A stretch of DNA of 60,119 bases, the filler included, from Sphacelaria rigidula (taxonomy: Eukaryota): the NCBI GenBank assembly GCA_964200075.2. It is 6 parts of 6 records of this genome, joined end to end, with 100 filler letters (N's around TTAATTAATTAA, not from the genome) between each part and the next. Parts side by side here need not be neighbours in the genome. Positions count along the whole stretch, not along the records: positions 10,038 to 19,974 come from CAXNAA020007452.1; positions 20,075 to 30,011 come from CAXNAA020007453.1; 4 more parts are not named here. The stretch is one strand, 5' to 3'. The notes beneath the pieces are model-generated. The model made no database searches. It was not told the origin of the DNA and saw only the letters and a program-made list of their open reading frames with translations. The stretch's first letter is position 1. The number at the start of each line of letters is the position of its first letter. Shown here in pieces: positions 13,729 to 26,757 of this stretch. Made by a program: the position numbers and the translations under genes.

Positions 13729-14140
13729 CTAACAACCCCCAAAACTAGGGATGTGGATTACCCCGGATGTTCCACGTTACCAACCGGTAATTACCTCAAA
13801 TCAAGTTTTGGTGTTTCCTACCGGTAAATACCGCTACCGCGAGGGGACAAAACTGCCCCTTCCTCAGAGGTTTTGTCTCGCTGCGTTATGTTTTGCGCGT
13901 TTCTCGGCGTAAAAACGTGAAAATGTGGTTGTCGAGTGCTCTGTTTGCTGTGTGTGTGTGTGTTTTTTTTTCCAATTTGGCAGGGCCCCCCTAGTGGTGA
14001 CAAGGGGGTATGCGGGGGCACCGTCACTGAAAACCCGGAGCATTACCCGGGAAATACCATGTTACCTACCCCCCCCCTTACCCCATAACCGGTAAATCAC
14101 ACCCGTGCCCAAAACTACAGAAACATCCAGGACTATTGCG

Positions 14141-14299
14141 CACGTCGGACAACTCATGAGTTCAACTTAGTTACTTATAAGGTACAATCCATCCAATGGA
14201 AAAAAGTACCGCCGAATTACACCATACAGCTCAGCCAGTGTAAAATGGAACCGCTGAGTTCTACAAAAATGAGGTATATGAACTGAGTTATCCGACGTG
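14141..14299. mobile_element. Small MITE in a UBC4 intron
   Basis: TIR CACGTCGGACAACTCA / TGAGTTATCCGACGTG. Confidence 0.6.
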
Positions 14300-14757
14300 T
14301 GGAATGTCGGGAGCGTATCAACCGTTTGACGACACTCTAATTCCCTGGTTTAGTAATAGGGAGGCAGGGGAGGGGTGGTGTACTCATGATCCTACATTGT
14401 CACAGTCGTAAGACCATTGACCTCGCATCCCTACACCAAAGGGGAGGAAAGACAACATCCAAAGTAGATTACCGTGAAGAGGGCACAGTACACCGTGCTG
14501 GGCTGCGCTTCGATTACAATCATTTTCAAGCCACGAGAAACGGAATCAGTGGACTTGGCATACAGTGTCGAAATTAGACTGCAGCAGCAAACTCCGTCTT
14601 GATGGGGGGGGAGGGGGGGTATCCATGACCTCGAGTCGCGGTGTCATATGACCGCTGACTTTGAATCCCTACAGAGTAGCGACGGAGCAAGCGGGGTTTT
14701 CGCCTGACCAGACTCGCAATCGATCACCAAGCGCAAAGCGCCGTACCAACAGCATCA

Positions 14758-15069
<312 letters not shown>

Positions 15070-18000
15070 TTATCTACACGTATATGGGCTGAGAGCCCAA
15101 GATTCAAGAAAAGTCTAGTATGCCGGGCCACTGTCGAATTTTTCAACTTTGAAAATCCCCCTTGGAGAAAAAAAAGCATCTGCTGGGGATTCATCCCGCG
15201 TTTTCCCCCCTACCCTAATCGTGTCACCTATACGTATGACACCATCAGGGGTACGGCGGCAATGCTTAGAAGTCATGCTACTAAAGTAGGGGAGGGGAGG
15301 GGGGCGTTTTCCCCCACAAAAATCCATTTCAAAACGTCGTTGAAAGCAGTAACGGTTGTTCGAATGCCGCGTGTTGTGTGTCGTGTTGGTTTGGATGTTA
15401 TGGCACACAGCTTTTCGTTCCACAGATTATCAACTTTTGGGATGTTTGATCCACTTTCCCACCCTCGGACACTTTGCATCACCTCACAGAGAGGAGCCTA
15501 GCCCATTTTTCATATTCGCTTGACCCCAAGATTTTGAGGGTGGCCGCTCAACAATAATCAATGTGCAATAAAATCTACAGCGATCTTCATAGATTTTTGC
15601 ACACGAATCATCGTTCAGCGGCCAATCTCGGAACCTCGGAGTCAAGCGAATCTGAAAAGTAGGCTAGGCTCCTCTTCGTGGGGTGATGCAAAGTGTCCGA
15701 GACGAGAGAGTCAGACGTCCCACCAGTGAACAATCTGTGGGCCAAAAATCTGTTCGCCATAACATCCGGCCTTACAGATAAATAGCGCCCTTGTGTACTG
15801 TTCAACGCCGTTTTGATTTTTGACAATATTTTAGCATGCCCTTCCCTTTCTTCGTACCACATTTGATAGTTTCAACTCCGAAAAGTGAGTGACGACGGGA
15901 CGATTTAGAAACAGGGATGGCCGAATCTCGGAATAATATTTCCGGACCATTTACCGGGTAAGGTTGGGTGCTTGTCTTTTGAATCTTCGTGTGGGACGTC
16001 GCTAGGCCAACACGAACCAAAAAAAGTGGAAAAGGTTCATGTCTATATATTCACGTGTTTAGGACCCTAATCTAGTATAATGAAGACCATATTTTCACGA
16101 GAACGCCCATATTTATCCAAGAAATAAACCAAGAATGAAAGGCCCATTTTTTTTTTTGGCATGCCTTCGCGATTCTCCATGATCAGTTTCAAGTGAGCTC
16201 CGAGAGCATTGTCTATTTCCCCCCCTCAAAACTCCTTTTGAAGAACTGACGAAGATTGGAAAACTTTTTTTTCTTCTGTTCATTGTGCACTAGCGATTCT
16301 CGATTTGAAGTTCCAATGCACAATTCAAAGGGTCGGACAAATCATGATTCGTCTGGAAATTACTTGGTTCTAGTATAATGAGTCGACCCGTGACAAACTA
16401 ATCCTTGAGCTTTATTTCAGCGTTTCAACCCAGGAAAACGCAGCCCATACACGTGGAATGACGCAAAAGTTGCGTGGGTACCCCTGGGATCAGCGATCAA
16501 CTTTTTCTCCATTCTGGGCGATCAGGCCGAAGAAATCGTACATTTGGTGATTTTGAGTCGTGATGATTTGCCCTAACCGTGCACAATTCTCAAAGACTGA
16601 GACGTAATATCCAGCTCTTCTGCATCAAGTACCTCTTTTCGAAAAATATCGATTACAGTATTGAGCCCAATGTGCGCCATATCTCCAGAGAGACAACGAA
16701 TTAGGCAAAAGCGAGGGTATTAATCGTTTCCCCGTGCTCCAGGGAACGTCCACACCAAAAATCGTCATCATCCGTTGTATATATATATATATTTCAGAGT
16801 TTCACATGGAATCAAGTATGGAATAGGAATTACTTGACATGGGATTTACTCAACGAGAAAAAAATGGTCCAGACTTTTGAGCACATGGGCACCTTCCCCA
16901 TGATAAGACGATCAATACGACATGCGGATCACGGCCCAACTTGTTTTTGTCGATGAGATATGGCTTTGAGAGCTCAAATCCGCGTCTAGGCCGGCCCAGC
17001 TCGTAGTGATTTCGACCAAAATACAAGGCATGGAGCGTGGACGTTCACATATGAGCCTTATTTGTCGTGGAACCACCGTCCCCCCATCATGGCGTGACTA
17101 ACGCATGGGCTTCATCATAATTTTCGATATCTCCCCCCCCGGTGAATTTTTCATGGTACACCGATAAACCAGTTGGGATTCGAACCCCGACATGTACACA
17201 CAGTATTTTGAAGCAGTATATGGTTCCCGTAATCAAAACGTGGGACGGGAGTAGCCAGAAAAAAGTGACCAGAGTCGACGTGCTCGGGGGTGCCAATCCT
17301 ACCCGCGATACCAGACTTCAAGGCATTTACTGGGGAAATACGGCTTCATCCATCACTCAATACCACCAACTCATTCCGTAAGTTTTGCGTAGGGGCCAGG
17401 GATCAGCCTTGCCGCCTTGCACAATAATTACGTCATCCACACACAAGGTCGTACTGAACTGGCTCCCTTGCCTAGCTCATGACGTCTCCAAGCTACAGAC
17501 GGATATCGTACAGTCGCACAACCGCGTTGACACGGACTTCGTGAAATAGCTATATTTTCCCCTCACTTGACGCTCTTTCTATGGCGATCGTTCTAGCTAG
17601 CTCGGTGTGCTGTCTGCCCACGTCTCGGGACTGGATAATAACAAAAGTGCATCGCCGACATCTATGGTGGCAATTCACAGTACGACGAAACGGACCAAAA
17701 GGGACACACACTCATCCACCGTTCGCGAACTCAATCGTCTGAAAAGCAAAAACATGGAATTACACCACTCCGATCGCTTTTTCCACGCCCACAACACCTC
17801 ATCATTGTGAAGAGCGGTCGCAGTAGAGCTCGGAAAATGGTTCGTCTAACGATCAACCAGTTGGATGGTTACGCGTAGCGCACTCACGAACCAGTTAAAT
17901 GGTACATCATGGTTCGATCATCGAACGGCGCAGCCGCGAGCCAAAAAGCCCTCCCCGGCAGAGGCCCCCCCCCGCTGGAAGCGCCGTGCCGGAGGCACGT

Positions 18001-18994
18001 TTTTACACGATTTGGCTTCACTAGAGCCAACAAATACGTGAAATTTGGGCCATTTTCAAACGGCTGTATGCAGCTTACGTAGATGGTAACAGCGAAAAGT
18101 GGTTCGAAACCATCATTCACAATTTTCATATTACCGTCACCATTACCACCATTTATATTGATAATGACCAGTTATAACTGGTAGCGTTTCCGCGCTCTAG
18201 GTTGCAGGCTTGCTTTAACCTTCCCGAGTGGGCAGCACCAAGGTGTGGTCACGTACATCTGTCATGATTGAAATAAAAATACACCTTTTCTCCGCGGAAA
18301 TGGGGGGGCTTGGAACATAAGGCTGCAATTTTTGACCGGGGGAGGGCGCGTACCTCACGATCTCACATGCCGTACTCACAACACTACCGACCTCGCATCC
18401 CTACAACGCCGGAACGGAGCACGCCCGGTTATCGCCGGACCAGGCTCGCACTCAAATCACCAAGCGCGAAGCGCCGTGATGTGTTCGGCCAGTCGCATGA
18501 CGGGTGGGCTGCATCCTGCAAACATTGTTCGGCCCGAAAGGTACTCATCATCACCTCGAACATGGAGGACAGCCTCTGACGACTTGTTTTTTTTTTGTAT
18601 CGCCGATCACAAAAGCAGCCACGGGCTTCACAGCCTCATGGGTCCCTCAAGATTCCAATACTACACCGTACCATCATCTCCTTTGCGCGGAGTCAACCAC
18701 AGGTCAAAAAGGTCTCCACGCAATTTCTGCACCATTACACGTGCCTGGGCTGTGCATACCTGGCGGAAACGCTATCAATAAAGCCTCAACATTGATACCT
18801 ACGGTACGAGTCAATAGCACTAAAATCAAGTAATTTCCAGACGAATCATTAATTTGCCCGACCCTTGCAACACTTGCCCCGACAAGCGGGTTCGTGTGTT
18901 ACCCGGGGGCTTGGCCAGACTGCCTCATAGCAGTCATGTGGGGTAGGCGCCTCCAGAGTTCGGAAAGTTTTTCTCAAGGCAGTGTGGGAGGGTC

Positions 18995-19352
18995 ATATGT
19001 TGCCGTTATATCTATTTTGGACACCGCTCGGCACCTTTTGCTGTAAGTGGGTGCACCGGCCGGAGTCGTACAGGAAAAAGATTGACTGAAGTTTTTTTTT
19101 TTTTTCTTTCAAGTACTCTGCCTTCCTTGTGCGGTGCTTGGCTCTAATTCTCTATCGCGAGGGGAGTTCAGCAGTCTCTTTCCTTCGTCGACCATCAAGT
19201 CGAATTTCACGTACCCACGAACCTAGATAGTCGGTCTCCACTGTTGTAGGGCATGGTGTGGGGAAAAAAACCAGTTCGCCCCGAGATTTGAACCCACGAC
19301 CCCACCGTCGTAAGGTCCGGTGATTCCCAACTGAGCCACTGGGGTGACCGGC
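18995..19352 (-). mobile_element. Near full-length tRNA-derived SINE-like element
   Basis: Head with A-box TGGCTCAGTTGG and B-box GGTTCAAATC. The body GTGGGTAC..AAATTCGACTT..GGTCGACGA.GGAAAG.GACTGCTGAAC... recurs at 49842-50083 (+), 54490-54730 (+) and partly at 48165-48245 (-). Confidence 0.7.
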
Positions 19353-20759
19353 TGCCTGATACGGACCGAAATCAATCAAACCACAAATTTTTCTCGTCAT
19401 GGAATGGAGAGGGTTCACGGCAAAGTCGGGGAGGCACAGACCGGGCTATCGGAAGAAGTACGCGAGGAACAAACAGGTTGGACAAGCTGCTCACAAACGT
19501 TCAAATTTAGGCAAATGAACACGCTTTTTACTTGACGAAAAACCAACCGCATGATACACTCCACGAAAAACTCGAAAACTCAAGACAACTGATCACATCT
19601 CAAAACCATACTGTCAGGAGACGAGCTGGAGCTCTCTCACGACGAGGAAGTTCATCACTTCGTGGGAATGAAGCGTCTTGCCTCGAAAACTTGATAGTGT
19701 AGACGGCTGTGAGGTCACTCGCGCGAAGCACCAACACCATTTGCCGACAAGACGCTGATGCGACTACGTCAACTCGCACTTTCCTCACGGCTTTTGTCCA
19801 ACGGTCTTCTGTGTTGATCCGTCGTGGAGTGTGAGTTTTCGATAGGCCGTTTCTTATTTACCGAGACACCACAAAATAGAAGCGGGGGGGGGGGGGGGGG
19901 GGAAAAAGAAAAAAAAAACAACACAAAAAAAAAAAGCCGGAACCGGAGGACCCACCGGCGATCAATTTTAATGGNNNNNNNNNNNNNNNNNNNNNNNNNN
20001 NNNNNNNNNNNNNNNNNNTTAATTAATTAANNNNNNNNNNNNNNNNNNNNNNNNNNNNNNNNNNNNNNNNNNNNCGTTTCCCATCGGTTAATCCACCACA
20101 TTTTCCTCCGACAGTCTCGTGATAGTATCCTGGATCTCACATTTACCATGAGTGAAATCACACGATTAACAGACAACACTGCACAGGGTGCATCATTGCT
20201 CACAGTCAGCGGCTGTTGCTGACCTGAGCCCTTTGCCAAGCCGGCAACCTGCCGCTTTCATATTCCAGTACCGATTGTACACGGCCCATTGCATTTTTTT
20301 TCGTTCACGGGCCGTTTCGTAACACAACCCGTTCTTCCCCGCCAGGTGACCACGGACATCTGTACACTAGATTCGTACTCGTTCTGGCACGTTCGCTGCC
20401 TCGCGATATACGTCACTCGTAGCTAGTTTGTTGTTGTTCTCTTTCAGTGCTTCGCACATCTGTAGAGCGGCGCTGTACGTCACCGCGATAATTGGCAATA
20501 CACAGCCTAAACGGCTGTGAGATTTCATCACTAAACCTCTCTCGGCCGAATATTCTTTGTTCCGAGACACGTTTTATTCGCGACAATACGTGCCTGTGAC
20601 ATTCCAACCTGCCAGACGCTGGTTGTTCTTCCGCACAACTTAGTTGTTGTGGCGATTTCCAAAACTACGCCCTAGCTAACACGCCGCACTGACAAATTCT
20701 AGACCTACGCTACCTGCTCACTTGGAGCACATAGCACTCAAAACCAGTGCCCTGTGGTG

Positions 20760-21238
20760 TGTAACTCTTTTCGGGACACGCCCTCCGCGTTGCCCCTGCT
20801 GCAAACTACTTCAACTTTCTTTTATATAACTACGTTGTCGCCACGCCATTGTGTGACAGGCCTTCGTGCTGCACTACGCCGCACGACCCTACGTTCTCCA
20901 TTTCGAGCCTCTGCTGAAGCTTTTGTGCTACCCTACGCCGCACGACCCTTCGGTGCTCATGATATATATATATATATATATATTTCTCAGCACCGCCAGT
21001 CGTTTCCCAGCTTTAGCCGGGATAATACAGTTGTGGTCTGCCCCTGACGTCGACACCTGCGTACAAACGTGTAATATGTACTACTTTCAGGTACCAACGA
21101 CGCTACACAAATCTCTTGGATTTGTGCTATTTTCGACGCCTGTCTGTTCTGCGCGTGATCCCGCACTCCCGTTGCTAGCTATTACCGCCGCAACTTAAAT
21201 AGTTGTATTGGGAAGAGACTTCCGACATTGTTGTTACA
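20760..21238 (+). repeat. Candidate 5' LTR
   Basis: Inverted termini TGTAAC...GTTACA directly upstream of the gag-like region, with a TATA-like TTTATATAA at ~20821. No second LTR is available to confirm it. Confidence 0.5.
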
Positions 21239-21545
21239 CACAGCAATTAGCTTGAATAACAATACTCGAAGTTCATCAGGTTTTTGACGAAGGTCCCTCA
21301 AGGTGCTATTAAGCTTCACTATCTAATACTTCTGGATACCAGGTTTGAATAATAAGACGTGAGTTCATCAGGTTCCAAACGAAGGTCCCTCCAGGCGCTA
21401 TTAGGCTTCATTATCCCGTATTTCTGGATACAAGCTTCGACCGTTGCACCTAGCACTTTTTTCGTGTCACACCCTCTTGATTCGAGCCCGACGACCACAA
21501 CCACACTGCTCCTACTTTCTAAGTACGTTGCGTACGACTAGCTCC

Positions 21546-24500
21546 ATGTCGCACAGACATAGCGCCGACTCTTCCCCTCAATTGGGAAACTGACCGCTTC
21601 GCCGCACACGGAGCCAAACTACTGGCGCTTCGAAATCTTTTGATGAGCAGTACGTCACCTTCGACTGCTCGACGAACGTACGCAAGCGCTGCTCGATCTT
21701 CGGGATTTGAAGACCAACTTTCAAGCGCGGCTCGTCCTTCGGGACGTGAAGAAGAGACTATGACACCGCACCCTGTTCTCTCCAGTGCCGATTCGGACTC
21801 AGAGAACAGGACTGTGCCATCGGCTGAGTCATTGGCTCCTGACCGACATGTCAGTGAACCCATAACGGTGGATTCCGTAGCACCCCCCCCGCTGCGGCCT
21901 GTTCTTCCGTATCCCGAGATGGAATCCGACGACAGGAATGTGCCCCCAGCTGAACCGTTGCCCCTGGGCACACGTGTCCAGCATGTCCCTGTGACGGTTG
22001 CTCCAACCGTGGCACCCCGTCGAACGACGGTTGAAAAACCTCGAGACGACTCAGTCCCGACGAAGCGTATCGCTTCTGAATCAAGAGATACTGTCACGCG
22101 GGTTGCTTCCATTACGGACCCCAATCGCACGATTCTCGGCAGTCCAATACGCCCTGCTTCGCTGTCCAGTGTCTGACCAGCGGTCGCGGCCATGCATTCT
22201 GCCCTGCAGAATCTACCTCGCCCTCCTTCGGCGTCAGCGGACACGCCAGTCCCAGCTCTAATCGAGGCATTTACGGCTTTTTTCCACGCCGCGTTCCAAG
22301 ACCAATCGATTGCCGCTCACGTGCAATTCAATGATGGCTCTGTACCTACCACGCCCGAACCCGTACATTTGGCGCCCCGATCGGCAACACCGCGTTCTTC
22401 GTTCGTCTCTCATGAGAGTTTCAACGAACACGACTCCAGCCCCTCCTCCACTTCGCACCAAAAGTCTTGCTCGCGCTTCTGGACGGCGCCGCACACCGAC
22501 AGTTGGTCATGGCCACGTCACCCGTGCTGGCATTCCCAAGGACAACTCCCGGCACAGCTGCAACTCATCGCGCGTCCTCGCACGCCCGAAGAATGTCAAT
22601 CGTAGCCGCACATACGAAAGAAGTTCACGGCACAGTTCCAATTCATCGCGCGCTCCCAAGCGCCCGATGAATGCCGACCGTGACCGTACTAACGAGGATA
22701 GTTCGCGGCAAAGATCGAATTCATCACGCGCTCAATTGCGCTCCAAGAACGCCGATCATGCGAACGCGCGCACCCCTCCTGCTTCGCCTCGGTCACGCCG
22801 CCATTTACGCGATGATAATACCGTAGATGCTGCCGACATCCATAATATCTTTTCGGACATGTCACCGGCTCTTGAATCCTCAATGGAGGGATTAAGCCGT
22901 AATTCATCGCACAACCGACGACTCAGCACTAACCGCGAACCCCCGTCCCGCTTTGATGCTGCGATTATTCGCTCCCTTCCATAACAACTGGAAGATCTCA
23001 AGCAAACACTCGCCAAGACCAAAGTGGAGAACAAAAGAGTAACCGCCGTCGCCGCTGCCGCCACCACTGCCGCTACCACGGCCGCTACGCCCACCGCCGC
23101 GGCTACTACCGCCAATGCTCCCACCACAGCTGCCGCCCCGTCTGCCGTCGACACCGACGCCGATAGTGGGCCCACCACGGATCCCGTCACGGATGCCCCC
23201 GTGCCCCCGACTTTGCCTGTGGAGGCTCTCCCTCCGCTCGATGACGAGCACTGTGCCACTGGCATCCTCTAGAGGCTATTCAGGAACCGTTCCCGCGCGG
23301 AAGAAATGGCGCTGATTAAGGACTATGCCTCGGAAGCGCCAGCTCTTGCCAACGGTATCCTCGATCAGCAACCCGAGGCTGACGCCGCCGCTGCACGCCT
23401 CCTCGAGGAGGAACATGCTGACAAGCCAAGGGATCTCCAGCGGCGGGCCTCACACGCTCAGACAACGAACACGGCCACCGAATGCGTCCTCCAGGAAGGT
23501 TGCACTGCCGCCATGGTGGCCCAGAGACGTTTACGAGACCTGGAGGACTATATCAGATGGACCGCCCACGACGCTGCTACGTTGGTGGACCGCCTAACAA
23601 ACCATCAGACCTCTCCGCCGTCCGCCGGCAACCTGCTCACTGGCCGCCCTCCTCACCCGTCTTCGAGTCACACAGCCCAACCTAAGACCGTAAAATCGAC
23701 TTACACAATTCCACGTAAGTTCGACCGGCCGTATTATGCTGCGGCCACCGCCGTCCCCAAGACGGCCCCAACACCCCCGCTTCGAGCACCTATCTGGACA
23801 GCCAATGCCGGGCCGACACAGGGCCTGCAACTTACAAACCACGAACGAACGTGGCTCACTCGTTCCGCGGCCGAATTTACCGGCCCATTCCACCACCCCA
23901 ATCACCTCCACTGTTCCCGACAGGTTTGGAAGTTGGTGTCCCAACGTCTACACCGCGTTGTTGGCTGTTACGTGGACCAGGGCGGCACCTTCCATGAGGA
24001 CGGCATGACGTCCCTCACCCTGGGCCAAGTGGTGTTGCATTTAACCATTGGAGCCGACCCTGATCAACCTAGATACGTGGAAACTGTCACCGATCTTTTT
24101 GCGGCGCTACGTGCCGCTTACCATTCTGATCCCGACGCCACAATCGCTGACGATGACCAGGATGACGATGCTTGAACTCCCACGAGTGCCAACTGCAAGG
24201 GAAGGAAGAAGAACCACCGGCGAGATGACGACGACAACGATGGAGGAGGCTCACGCCGCCGCCATGGTGGTGGAGGATCCTCCTTGGGCGGTTCCAGACC
24301 GAACCGCCCGGTCCGCAATAACCACGGCCCGACCCGGAAGAAAACCGGAGGCAATTCTTCCGGATCTTCCGCGACAGGCTGGAGCCGGTCTAACACAGAC
24401 TTGCCTCCCTCGGGTTCGGCGACACCAAGGCAAGTGATACCTAAGGTGGCCGATGTTTCGGGTCGCATTTTGGGTTTATCTGAGACGGACACACCAGACC

Positions 24501-25981
24501 GTCCACTGTCTTCCACTGCAGCCCGAGCCTTCGCAACCGCTGCGGCTGGCAAAGAACGTTCCGAAGCTACAAAAAAAGCAGCTTCCGATAAAGTGGAGTC
24601 TTCCCGGGTAGCTGCAATACAGAGACAGTATATTCAGATGGATGTGCAAAAGCTTTGACATATCAAAAACATGCCTGCCGCGGATAACGAAGATTCGGGA
24701 CAGTCTACTTCTGCCCTCATCACATCCATTCGCCGTACCGCTTGTAATATACTTCACTTGGCGGATGCAACTGGCGTCCAACGTTTTGAAGATCCCAATT
24801 GGATAGACGGCTGGCAGACCCCATTGCATAGAGCATTGCATCGATCCATCTGCCGCCGCTCTCCCGACACTGCTGCTTTCTTAACGCAGATCATCGACGG
24901 CTTTCTTGCCGAAATAGATCCGGATCGTTCCAAGGGGAAGATAGGCCTGGTATTTCTCTCTGATCTGGAGAGGCGTATCATAGGATATTTTGACAAAAGT
25001 GACCAAGCGAGTGCTATCCAGAGGCTGAGTTCTTTTGCTGTCGCATCGGATGTCCCCTTCGCGGATTATCTTCGCGAATATAAGCTTTAGTCTCCAGTAC
25101 TACGGGTGTCGGACTCCAAAACGGACCGAGCGACGCAATGTGTCAGACTTACGTTCGCAATAGCGTTGCTCAACAGTATCCGGCTCTGATGCCGTCGTTA
25201 TTTCCGGATGTCTTGGCGCATCGCGAAGTGCCTCACGCCTCCGCTGATGCTATGTGGTCTACTTTTGTACACCAAGAGGGTAATCTAACACCCGCTATAT
25301 GTGGCAAACCTTCTACGCCTCTGCGTCCAGAACCCACGGTTGTGTCCTCCGCTAATGCCCATGTCTCGCGGCAGGAATTTGAGTCCATCTCGCGCTTCAT
25401 GGACCCCGGACTGGGTCGCTGGTTCAGTTATGCATATTCAGAGTAACATGAATGCATTCAGTGCGAGGTTTGATGGTTGGCCGTTCTCCGAAGAAACTTG
25501 GGATGATGTTTATTTGACTTCACCATCAGCATTCATTATAGAGGATCTCCATTTGTGAAACCCGCTTCTTTCGTCTCCTGCTAGACGCAACGCCTTCAGC
25601 AGTCATGCCAACAGTTGCATCAGCTGTGGTGTTCAAGGCCACAGTACGCGCGACTGCGACAGTCCATGCACCAATGCCTTTGATCTCATGAACCCTGAAT
25701 TGCAGGACAATAAACCCGCGTGGCGCCAATGGCAAAAACGCATGCGCGACTACCGCCCACCAAATCGAAATTTTCATAATAATTCGAATCAACGAATAAA
25801 AAAAAGCGTTAACCGCCGTCGCCGACAAAACAACAATAATGCAAGCCCTCACCAGAATGATCATAATTCTCGCGACAACAAACGATCCGCTGATAGACAC
25901 CAGCGGATGGGACCGACACAAAACTCGAACCCCAACACCAGAAACCCTGGTACCTTCACTACGGGTCGTATAGATCCATGA
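21546..25981 (+). pseudogene. Long disrupted gag-like region
   Basis: Chain of + strand ORFs broken by stops and frameshifts. CX2CX4HX4C knuckle CISCGVQGHSTRDC at 25616-25657, followed by an Asn/Arg-rich tail. Confidence 0.7.
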
Positions 25982-26757
25982 CGTGCCGACGCCGGCGTTC
26001 TAAGATCTTCCGCGCTGCCGACAGCACTAGCGAAGATTGTGTCAGCACAGCCCGCGGAGTCCGTGACTAAGGTTGCCCACCCGACTCCCCCGGCATTATC
26101 CAGGAGCGCAACAGACGGCCGTTCAAATCGAACCCCGTTTCTAACCTCCACACACTTTTCAACACAGCCCGCAGAGCCTGTGACTAAGATTGTTCGCCCG
26201 CCCCCCCCGGCACTATGCAGGAGCGCAACTGACGGCTGTTCATATCGACCCCTCCACACATCGCGTAGCAGTTGTGTCACCCCGCGACTCAGACCTGCAA
26301 CCGGCCCTGAACTTAGTCCTTTAGTGCCAAGTATAAGTCTGAGGTGTGGGAGGACCAACCGCCAGTCCCTGAGGCAAAGGCTTCCCTCAGCGACCGCACG
26401 CACAGGTGGTAGCAAGACTTTTTCCAGCTGACCCAAGTGTTGCCCATTTGAACTTGACCACATCGGATCATGTGATTCCCAACCAGTTCGATCGAGCCCC
26501 TTCCCCGCGAGTTTCAACACGCGCGGAACTACCTTTGGCCGGTTCTAATAACAACCGCCCCCAAAGTACCTTCGGCTATGACCCCCCAGCCAAGCTTGCC
26601 TACGGACAGCAGCCCACAAGTTTCGCCCAATCATGTCCTGATGCTGATCCCATCCACCCGACTGGACGCAGTTGTGGTTTCATCCCAAAATGTTTAGGAA
26701 GTTCCCCGACCACTGCCACGGCGAAAGAGAAAGCCCCGTAAGCATGCCTCCGAGGGC

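Noticed and set aside
19270..19352. Functional tRNA gene
   Set aside because: The T-arm and D-arm pair poorly, the anticodon-like loop differs from the copy at 1-68, and it is attached to a dispersed repeat body.
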